Below are positions 50,640 through 61,974 of a DNA stretch of 64,000 bases, piece after piece. Source of the stretch: Azolla caroliniana (taxonomy: Eukaryota > Plantae > Polypodiophyta); the NCBI GenBank assembly GCA_043228905.1, contig JBHGNT010000025.1, forward strand, positions 372,001 to 436,000, read 5' to 3'. Within the stretch, counting starts at the first letter, position 1, and each line of letters begins with the position of its first letter. Position numbers and translations under genes: made by a program. The notes under the pieces were generated by a model. The model had not been told where the DNA came from, ran no database searches, and was given only the letters and a program-made list of their open reading frames with translations.

Positions 50640-53600
50640 AGGGAGTTGAGAGGAGCCCTTGAGTAAATAAAAATGTTCATACCTGGCTCGTGTGATATCG
50701 GATTTTTGTGTTCAAACATGCGAATCGAAGCTCACAACGCTAGCTATGATATGGTATTAAAAAATCATGATTTTGAAATTGAGGTCGAGAGACATGAAGA
50801 AATTAGCAATCTTGAGGAGGAAGTTGAAAGGAGCCCTTCAGTAAATTAAAATGTTCATACCTGGCGCGTGTGATATCGGATTTTTGTGTTCAAACATGCG
50901 AATCGAAGCTAACAACGGTAGCTATGATATGGAACTAAAAAATCAAGATTTTGAAACTCAGGTCGAGAGACATGAAGAAATTAGCAATCTTGAGGAGGGA
51001 GTTGAGAGGAGCCCTTGAGTATATTAAAATGTTTATACCTGGCTCGTGTGATATCGGATTTTTGTGTTCAAACATGCGAATCGAAGCTAACAACGCTAGC
51101 TATGACATGGTATTAAAAAATCAAGAGTTTGAAACTCAGGTGGAGAGACATGACGAAATTACCTAATTTGAGGAGTGAGTTCGGAGGAGCCCTTGAGTAC
51201 ATTATAATGTTCATACCTGGCTCGTGTGATATCGGATTTTTGTGTTCAAACATGCGAATCGAAGCTAACAATGCTAGCTATTATATGGAACTAAAAAATC
51301 AAGATTTTGAAACTCAGGTCGAGAGATATGAAGAAATTAGCAATCTTGAGGAGGGAGTTGAGAGGAGCCCTTGAGTACATTAAAATGTTCATACCTGGCG
51401 CGTGTGATATCGGATTTTTGTGTTTAAACATGCGAATCGAAGCTAACAACGCTAGCTATGACATGGTATTAAAAAATCAAGATTTTGAAACTCAGGTCGA
51501 GAGACATGACGAAATTACCTAATTTGAGGAGTGAGTTGAGACGACCTAGTAGGTAAATTAAAATGTTCATACCTCGCTCGTGTGATATCGGATTTTTGTG
51601 TTCAAACATGCGAATCAAGCTAACAACGCTAGCTATTATATGGAACTAAAAAATCAAGATTTTGAAACTCAGGTCGAGAGATATGAAGAAATTAGCAATC
51701 TTGAGGAGGGAGTTGAGAGGAGCCTGGCTCGTGTGATACCTGGCTCGTGTGATATCGGATTTTTCTGTTCAAACATGTGAATCGCAACTAACAATGCTAG
51801 CTATGACATGGTATTAAGAAATCAAGATTTTGAAACTCAGGTCGAGAGATATTACGAAATTACCTACTTTGAGGAGGGAGTTGAGACGCCCTAGTAGGTA
51901 AATTAAAATGTTCATACCTGGCTCGTGTGATATCGGATGTTTGTGTTCAAACATGCGAATCAAAGCTAACAACGCTAGCTATGATATGGAACTAAAAAAT
52001 CAAGATTTTGAAACTCAGGTCGAGAGATATGAAGAAATTAGCAATCTTGAGGAGGGAGTTGAGAGGAGCCCTTGAGTACATTAAAATGTTCATACCTGGC
52101 TCGTGTGATATCGGATTTTTGTGTTTAAACATGCGAATCGAAGCTAACAACGCTAGCTATGACATGGTATTAAAAAATCAAGATTTTGAAACTCAGGTCG
52201 AGAGACATGACGAAATTACCTAATTTGAGGAGTGAGTTGAGACGACCTAGTAGGTAAATTAAAATGTTCATACCTCGCTCGTGTGATATCGGATTTTTGT
52301 GTTCAAACATGCGAATCAAGCTAACAACGCTAGCTATTATATGGAACTAAAAAATCAAGATTTTGAAACTCAGGTCGAGAGATATGAAGAAATTAGCAAT
52401 CTTGAGGAGGGAGTTGAGAGGAGCCCTTGAGTACATTAAAATGTTCATACCTGGCACGTGTGATATCGGATTTTTGTGTTGAAACATGCGAATCGAAGCT
52501 AACAACACTAGCTATGACATGGTATTAAAAAATCAAGATTTTGAAACTCAGGTCGAGAGACATGACGAAATTACCTAATTTGAGGAGTGAGTTGAGACGA
52601 CCTAGTAGGTAAATTAAAATGTTCATACCTCGCTCGTGTGATATCGGATTTTTGTGTTCAAACATGCGAATCAAGCTAACAACGCTAGCTATTATATGGA
52701 ACTAAAAAATCAAGATTTTGAAACTCAGGTCGAGAGATATGAAGAAATTAGCAATCTTGAGGAGGGAGTTGAGAGGAGCCTGGCTCGTGTGATACCTGGC
52801 TCGTGTGATATCGGATTTTTGTGTTCAAACATGTGAATCGCAGCTAACAATGCTAGCTATGACATGGTATTAAGAAATCAAGATTTTGAAACTCAGGTCG
52901 AGAGATATTACGAAATTACCTACTTTGAGGAGGGAGTTGAGACGACCTAGTAGGTAAATTAAAATGTTCATACCTGGCTCGTGTCATATCGGATTTTTGT
53001 GTTCAAACATGCGAATCAAGCTAACAACGCTAGCTATTATATGGAACTAAAAAATCAAGATTTTGAAACTCAGGTCGAGAAATATGAAGAAATTAGCAAT
53101 CTTGAGGAGGGAGTTGAGAGGAGCACTTGAGTATATTAAAATGTTTATACCTGGCTCGTGTGATATCGGATTTTTGTGTTCAAACATGCGAATCGAAGCT
53201 AACAATGCTAGCTATTATATGGAACTAAAAAATCAAGATTTTGAAACTCAGGTCGAGAGATATGAAGAAATTAGCAATCTTGAGGAGGGAGTTGAGAGGA
53301 GCCCTTGAGTACATTAAAATGTTCATACCTGGCGCGTGTGATATCGTATTTTTGTGTTCAAACATGCGAATCGAAGCTAACAACACTAGCTATTCTATGG
53401 AACTAAAAAATCAAGATTTTGAAACTCAGGTCGGGAGATATGAAGAAATTAGCAATCTTGAGGAGGGAGTTGAGAGGAGCCCTTGAGTAAATTAAAATGT
53501 TCATACCTGGCTCGTGTGATATCGGATTTTTGTGTTCAAACATGCGAATCGAAGCTCACAACGCTAGCTATGATATGGTATTAAAAAATCATGATTTTGA

Positions 53601-56600
53601 AATTGAGGTCGAGAGACATGAAGAAATTAGCAATCTTGAGGAGGGAGTTGAGAGGAGCCCTTGAGTACATTAAAATGTTCATACCTGGCGCGTGTGATAT
53701 CGGATTTTTGTGTTCAAACATGCGAATCGAAGCTAACAACGCTAGCTATGACATGGTATTAAAAAATCAAGATTTTGAAACTCAGGTCGAGAGATATGAA
53801 GAAATTACCTACTTTGAGGAGGGAGTTGAGAGGAGCCCTTGAGTACATTAAAATGTTCATACCTGGCTCGTCTGATATCGGATTTTTGTGTTCAAACATG
53901 TGAATCGCAGCTAACAATGCTAGCTATTATATGGAACTAAAAAATCAAGATTTTGAAACTCAGGTCGAGAGATATGACGAAATTACCTAATTTGAGGAGT
54001 GAGTTGAGACGACCTAGTAGGTAAATTAAAATGTTCATACCTGGCTCGTGTGATATCGGATTTTTGTGTTCAAACATGCGAATCAAAGCTAACAACGCTA
54101 GCTATGATATGGAACTAAAAAATCAAGATTTTGAAACTCAGGTCGAGAGATATGAAGAAATTAGCAATCTTGAGGAGGGAGTTGAGAGGAGCCCTTGAGT
54201 ACATTATTATGTTCATACCTGGCTCGTGTGATATCGGATTTTTGTGTTCAAACATGCGAATCGAAGCTAACAACGCTAGCTATGACATGGTATTAAAAAA
54301 TCAAGAGTTTGAAACTCAGGTGGAGAGACATGACGAAATTACCTAATTTGAGGAGTGAGTTGAGAGGAGCCCTTGAGTACATTAAAATGTTCATACCTGG
54401 CTCGTGTGATATCGGATTTTTGTGTTCAAACATGTGAATCGAAGCTAACAACGCTAGCTATGACATGGTATTAAAAAATCAAGATTTTGAAACTCAGGTC
54501 GAGAGACATGAGGAAATTACCTAATTTGAGGAGTGAGTTGAGAAAACCTAGTAGGTAAATTAAAATGTTCATACCTGGCTCGTGTGATATCGGATTTTTG
54601 TGTTCAAACATGCGAATCGAAGCTAAAAACGCTAGTTATGATATGGTATTAAAAAATCAAGATTTCGAAACTCACGTCGAGAGATATGAAGAAATTAGCA
54701 ATCTTGAGGAGGGAGTTGAGAGGAGCCCTTGAGTACATTAAAATGTTCATACCTGGCGCGTGTGATATCGGATTTTTGTGTTCAAACATGTGAATCGAAG
54801 CTAACAACGCTAGCTATTATATGGAACTAAAAAATCAAGATTTTGAAACTCAGGTCGAGAGATATGAAGAAATTAGCAATCTTGAGGAGGGAGTTGAGAG
54901 GAGCCCTTGAGTACATTAAAATGTTTATACCTGGCGCGTGTGATATCTGATTTTTGTGTTCAAACATGCGAATCGAAGCTAACAACGCTAGCTATTATAT
55001 GGAACTAAAAAGTCAAGATTTTGAAACTCAGGTCGAGAGATATGAAGAAATTAGCAATCTTGAGGAGGGAGTTGAGAGGAGCCCTTGAGTAAATAAAAAT
55101 GTTCATACCTGGCTCGTGTGATATCGGATTTTTGTGTTCAAACATGCGAATCGAAGCTCACAACGCTAGCTATGATATGGTATTAAAAAATCATGATTTT
55201 GAAATTGAGGTCGAGAGACATGAAGAAATTAGCAATCTTGAGGAGGAAGTTGAAAGGAGCCCTTCAGTAAATTAAAATGTTCATACCTGGCGCGTGTGAT
55301 ATCGGATTTTTGTGTTCAAACATGCGAATCGAAGCTAACAACGGTAGCTATGATATGGAACTAAAAAATCAAGATTTTGAAACTCAGGTCGAGAGACATG
55401 AAGAAATTAGCAATCTTGAGGAGGGAGTTGAGAGGAGCCCTTGAGTATATTAAAATGTTTATACCTGGCTCGTGTGATATCGGATTTTTGTGTTCAAACA
55501 TGCGAATCGAAGCTAACAACGCTAGCTATGACATGGTATTAAAAAATCAAGAGTTTGAAACTCAGGTGGAGAGACATGACGAAATTACCTAATTTGAGGA
55601 GTGAGTTCGGAGGAGCCCTTGAGTACATTAAAATGTTCATACCTGGCTCGTGTGATATCGGATTTTTGTGTTCAAACATGCGAATCGAAGCTAACAATGC
55701 TAGCTATTATATGGAACTAAAAAATCAAGATTTTGAAACTCAGGTCGAGAGATATGAAGAAATTAGCAATCTTGAGGAGGGAGTTGAGAGGAGCCCTTGA
55801 GTACATTAAAATGTTCATACCTGGCGCGTGTGATATCGGATTTTTGTGTTTAAACATGCGAATCGAAGCTAACAACGCTAGCTATGACATGGTATTAAAA
55901 AATCAAGATTTTGAAACTCAGGTCGAGAGACATGACGAAATTACCTAATTTGAGGAGTGAGTTGAGACGACCTAGTAGGTAAATTAAAATGTTCATACCT
56001 CGCTCGTGTGATATCGGATTTTTGTGTTCAAACATGCGAATCAAGCTAACAACGCTAGCTATTATATGGAACTAAAAAATCAAGATTTTGAAACTCAGGT
56101 CGAGAGATATGAAGAAATTAGCAATCTTGAGGAGGGAGTTGAGAGGAGCCTGGCTCGTGTGATACCTGGCTCGTGTGATATCGGATTTTTGTGTTCAAAC
56201 ATGTGAATCGCAGCTAACAATGCTAGCTATGACATGGTATTAAGAAATCAAGATTTTGAAACTCAGGTCGAGAGATATTACGAAATTACCTACTTTGAGG
56301 AGGGAGTTGAGACGCCCTAGTAGGTAAATTAAAATGTTCATACCTGGCTCGTGTGATATCGGATTTTTGTGTTCAAACATGCGAATCAAAGCTAACAACG
56401 CTAGCTATGATATGGAACTAAAAAATCAAGATTTTGAAACTCAGGTCGAGAGATATGAAGAAATTAGCAATCTTGAGGAGGGAGTTGAGAGGAGCCCTTG
56501 AGTACATTAAAATGTTCATACCTGGCTCGTGTGATATCGGATTTTTGTGTTTAAACATGCGAATCGAAGCTAACAACGCTAGCTATGACATGGTATTAAA

Positions 56601-57400
56601 AAATCAAGATTTTGAAACTCAGGTCGAGAGACATGACGAAATTACCTAATTTGAGGAGTGAGTTGAGACGACCTAGTAGGTAAATTAAAATGTTCATACC
56701 TCGCTCGTGTGATATCGGATTTTTGTGTTCAAACATGCGAATCAAGCTAACAACGCTAGCTATTATATGGAACTAAAAAATCAAGATTTTGAAACTCAGG
56801 TCGAGAGATATGAAGAAATTAGCAATCTTGAGGAGGGAGTTGAGAGGAGCCCTTGAGTACATTAAAATGTTCATACCTGGCACGTGTGATATCGGATTTT
56901 TGTGTTCAAACATGCGAATCGAAGCTAACAACACTAGCTATGACATGGTATTAAAAAATCAAGATTTTCAAACTCAGGTCGAGAGACATGACGAAATTAC
57001 CTAATTTGAGGAGTGAGTTGAGACGACCTAGTAGGTAAATTAAAATGTTCATACCTCGCTCGTGTGATATCGGATTTTTGTGTTCAAACATGCGAATCAA
57101 GCTAACAACGCTAGCTATTATATGGAACTAAAAAATCAAGATTTTGAAACTCAGGTCGAGAGATATGAAGAAATTAGCAATCTTGAGGAGGGAGTTGAGA
57201 GGAGCCTGGCTCGTGTGATACCTGGCTCGCCTGATATCGGATTTTTGTGTTCAAACATGTGAATCGCAGCTAACAATGCTAGCTATGACATGGTATTAAG
57301 AAATCAAGATTTTGAAACTCAGGTCGAGAGATATTACGAAATTACCTACTTTGAGGAGGGAGTTGAGACGACCTAGTAGGTAAATTAAAATGTTCATACC
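50640..57400. repeat. Block duplication, offset 4426 bp (25 monomers minus 24 bp): about 50640-52980 matches about 55066-57400
   Basis: ORF starts 50951/55377, 51598/56024, 52654/57080. Markers aacggtagc, gagttcggagg, gacgccctag. Confidence 0.82.
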
Positions 57401-60400
57401 TGGCTCGTGTGATATCGGATTTTTGTGTTCAAACATGCGAATCAAAGCTAACAACGCTAGCTATGATATGGAACTAAAAAATCAAGATTTTGAAACTCAG
57501 GTCGAGAGATATGAAGAAATTAGCAATCTTGAGGAGGGAGTTGAGAGGAGCCCTTGAGTACATTATTATGTTCATACCTGGCTCGTGTGATATCGGATTT
57601 TTGTGTTCAAACATGCGAATCGAAGCTAACAACGCTAGCTATGACATGGTATTAAAAAATCAAGAGTTTGAAACTCAGGTGGAGAGACATGACGAAATTA
57701 CCTAATTTGAGGAGTGAGTTGAGAGGAGCCCTTGAGTACATTAAAATGTTCATACCTGGCTCGTGTGATATCGGATTTTTGTGTTCAAACATGTGAATCG
57801 AAGCTAACAACGCTAGCTATGACATGGTATTAAAAAATCAAGATTTTGAAACTCAGGTCGAGAGACATGAGGAAATTACCTAATTTGAGGATTGAGTTGA
57901 GAAAACCTAGTAGGTAAATTAAAATGTTCATACCTGGCTCGTGTGATATCGGATTTTTGTGTTCAAACATGCGAATCGAAGCTAAAAACGCTAGTTATGA
58001 TATGGTATTAAAAAATCAAGATTTCGAAACTCACGTCGAGAGATATGAAGAAATTAGCAATCTTGAGGAGGGAGTTGAGAGGAGCCCTTGAGTACATTAA
58101 AATGTTCATACCTGGCGCGTGTGATATCGGATTTTTGTGTTCAAACATGTGAATCGAAGCTAACAACGCTAGCTATTATATGGAACTAAAAAATCAAGAT
58201 TTTGAAACTCAGGTCGAGAGATATGAAGAAATTAGCAATCTTGAGGAGGGAGTTGAGAGGAGCCCTTGAGTACATTAAAATGTTTATACCTGGCTCGTGT
58301 GATATCGGATTTTTGTGTTCAAACATGCGAATTGAAGCTAACAATGCTAGCTATGACATGGTATTAAAAAATCAAGATTTTGAAACTCAGGTCGAGAGAT
58401 ATGAAGAAATTAGCAATCTTGAGGAGGGAGTTGAGAGGAGCCCTTGAGTACATTAAAATGTTCATACCTGGCGCGTGTGATATCGGATTTTTGTGTTCAA
58501 ACATGTGAATCGAAGCTAACAACACTAGCTATTCTATGGAACTAAAAAATCAAGATTTTGAAACTCAGGTCGAGAGATATGAAGAAATTAGCAATCTTGA
58601 CGAGGGAGTTGAGAGGAGCCCTTGAGTACATTAAAATGTTCATACCTGGCGCGTGTGATATCGGATTTTTGTGTTCAAACATGCGAATCGAAGCTAACAA
58701 CACTAGCTATTCCATGGAACTAGTAGGTAAATTAAAATGTTCATACCTGGCTCGTGTGATATCGGATTTTTGTGTTCAAACATGCGAATCGCAGCTAACA
58801 ATGCTAGCTATGACATGGTATTAAGAAATCAAGATTTTGAAACTCAGGTCGAGAGATATTACGAAATTACCTACTTTGAGGAGGGAGTTGAGACGCCCTA
58901 GTAGGTAAATTAAAATGTTCATACCTGGCTCGTGTGATATCGGATTTTTGTGTTCAAACATGCGAATCAAAGCTAACAACGCTAGCTATGATATGGAACT
59001 AAAAAATCAAGATTTTGAAACTCAGGTCGAGAGATATGAAGAAATTAGCAATCTTGAGGAGGGAGTTGAGAGGAGCCCTTGAGTACATTAAAATGTTCAT
59101 ACCTGGCTCGTGTGATATCGGATTTTTGTGTTTAAACATGCGAATCGAAGCTAACAACGCTAGCTATGACATGGTATTAAAAAATCAAGATTTTGAAACT
59201 CAGGTCGAGAGACATGACGAAATTACCTAATTTGAGGAGTGAGTTGAGACGACCTAGTAGGTAAATTAAAATGTTCATACCTCGCTCGTGTGATATCGGA
59301 TTTTTGTGTTCAAACATGCGAATCAAGCTAACAACGCTAGCTATTATATGGAACTAAAAAATCAAGATTTTGAAACTCAGGTCGAGAGATATGAAGAAAT
59401 TAGCAATCTTGAGGAGGGAGTTGAGAGGAGCCCTTGAGTACATTAAAATGTTCATACCTGGCACGTGTGATATCGGATTTTTGTGTTGAAACATGCGAAT
59501 CGAAGCTAACAACACTAGCTATGACATGGTATTAAAAAATCAAGATTTTGATACTCAGGTCGAGAGACATGACGAAATTACCTAATTTGAGGAGTGAGTT
59601 GAGACGACCTAGTAGGTAAATTAAAATGTTCATACCTCGCTCGTGTGATATCGGATTTTTGTGTTCAAACATGCGAATCAAGCTAACAACGCTAGCTATT
59701 ATATGGAACTAAAAAATCAAGATTTTGAAACTCAGGTCGAGAGATATGAAGAAATTAGCAATCTTGAGGAGGGAGTTGAGAGGAGCCTGGCTCGTGTGAT
59801 ACCTGGCTCGTCTGATATCGGATTTTTGTGTTCAAACATGTGAATCGCAGCTAACAATGCTAGCTATGACATGGTATTAAGAAATCAAGATTTTGAAACT
59901 CAGGTCGAGAGATATTACGAAATTACCTACTTTGAGGAGGGAGTTGAGACGACCTAGTAGGTAAATTAAAATGTTCATACCTGGCTCGTGTGATATCGGA
60001 TTTTTGTGTTCAAACATGCGAATAAAAGCTAACAACGCTAGCTATGATATGGAACTAAAAAATCAAGATTTTGAAACTCAGGTCGAGAGATATGAAGAAA
60101 TTAGCAATCTTGAGGAGGGAGTTGAGAGGAGCCCTTGAGTACATTATTATGTTCATACCTGGCTCGTGTGATATCGGATTTTTGTGTTCAAACATGCGAA
60201 TCGAAGCTAACAACGCTAGCTATGACATGGTATTAAAAAATCAAGAGTTTGAAACTCAGGTGGAGAGAGATGACGAAATTACCTAATTTGAGGAGTGAGT
60301 TGAGAGGAGCCCTTGAGTACATTAAAATGTTCATACCTGGCTCGTGTGATATCGGATTTTTGTGTTCAAACATGTGAATCGAAGCTAACAACGCTAGCTA

Positions 60401-60600
60401 TGACATGGTATTAAAAAATCAAGATTTTGAAACTCAGGTCGAGAGACATGAGGAAATTACCTAATTTGAGGAGTGAGTTGAGAAAACCTAGTAGGTAAAT
60501 TAAAATGTTCATACCTGGCTCGTGTGATATCGGATTTTTGTGTTCAAACATGCGAATCGAAGCTAAAAACGCTAGTTATGATATGGTATTAAAAAATCAA
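56163..60600. repeat. Block duplication, offset 2581 bp (15 monomers minus 89 bp): about 56163-58020 matches about 58744-60600
   Basis: ORF starts 56434/59015, 57080/59661, 57490/60071. Marker gagaaaacctag at about 57900 and 60480, with a third copy at about 54540. Confidence 0.82.
58715..58730 (+). other. 77-bp deletion junction within the array
   Basis: atggaa-cta-gtaggtaaatt joins two monomer positions normally 77 bp apart. Spacing 58558 to 59015 is 457 = 3x178-77. Confidence 0.93.
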
Positions 60601-61149
60601 GATTTTGAAACTCAGGTCGAGAGATATGAAGAAATTAGCAATCTTGAGGAGGAAGTTGAAAGGAGCCCTTCAGTAAATTAAAATGTTCATACCTGGCTCG
60701 TGTGATATCGGATTTTTGTGTTCAAACATGTGAATCGCAGCTAACAACGCTAGCTATGACATGGTATTAAGAAATCAAGATTTTGACACTCAGGTCGAGA
60801 GATATTACGAAATTACCTACTTTGAGGAGGGAGTTGAGACGACCTAGTAGGTAAATTAAAATGTTCATACCTGGCTCGTGTGATATCGGATTTTTGTGTT
60901 CAAAAATGCGAATCAAATCTAACAACGCTAGCTATTATATGGATCTAAAAAATCAAGATTTTGAAACTCAGGTCGAGAGATATGAAGAAATTAGCAATCT
61001 TGAGGAGGGAGTTGAGAGGAGCCCTTGAGTATATTAAAATGTTTATACCTCGCTCGTGTGATATCGGATTTTTGTGTTCAAACATTCGAATCGAAGCTAA
61101 CAACGCTAGCTATGACATGGTATTAAAAAATCAAGAGTTTGAAACTCAG

Positions 61150-61168
61150 GTGGAGAGAGTGAGTTGAG
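61150..61168 (+). other. 26-bp deletion junction within the array
   Basis: ggtggagaga|gtgagttgag lacks catgacgaaattacctaatttgagga. Spacing 60961 to 61291 is 330 = 2x178-26. Confidence 0.92.
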
Positions 61169-61974
61169 AGGAACCCTTGAGTACATTAAAATGTTCATAC
61201 CTGGCTCGTGTGATATCGGATTTTTGTGTTCAAACATGCGAATCAAAGCTAACAATGCTAGCTATTATATGGAACTAAAAAATCAAGATTTTGAAACTCA
61301 GGTCGAGAGATATGAAGAAATTAGCAATCTTGAGGAGGGAGTTGAGAGGAGCCCTTGAGTACATTAAAATGTTCATACCTGGCGCGTGTGATATCGGATT
61401 TTTGTGTTCAAACATGCGAATCGAAGCTAACAACACTAGCTATTCTATGGAACTAAAAAATCAAGATTTTGAAACTCAGGTCGAGAGATATGAAGAAATT
61501 AGCAATCTTGAGGAGGGAGTTGAGAGGAGCCCTTGAGTACATTAAAATGTTCATACCTGGCGCGTGTGATATCGGATTTTTGTGTTCAAACATGCGAATC
61601 GAAGCTAACAACACTAGCTATTCTATGGAACTAAAAAATCAAGATTTTGAAACTCAGGTCGAGAGATATGAAGAAATTAGCAATCTTGAGGAGGGAGTTG
61701 AGAGGAGCCCTTGAGTACATTAAAATGTTCATACCTGGCGCGTGTGATATCGTATTTTTGTGTTCAAACATGCGAATCGAAGCTAACAACACTATTCTAT
61801 GGAACTAAAAAATCAAGATTTTGAAACTCAGGTCGAGAGATATGAAGAAATTAGCAATCTTGAGGAGGGAGTTGAGAGGGGCCCTTGAGTAAATTAAAAT
61901 GTTCATACCTGGCTCGTGTGATATCGGATTTTTGTGTTCAAACATGCGAATCGAAGCTCACAACGCTAGCTATG

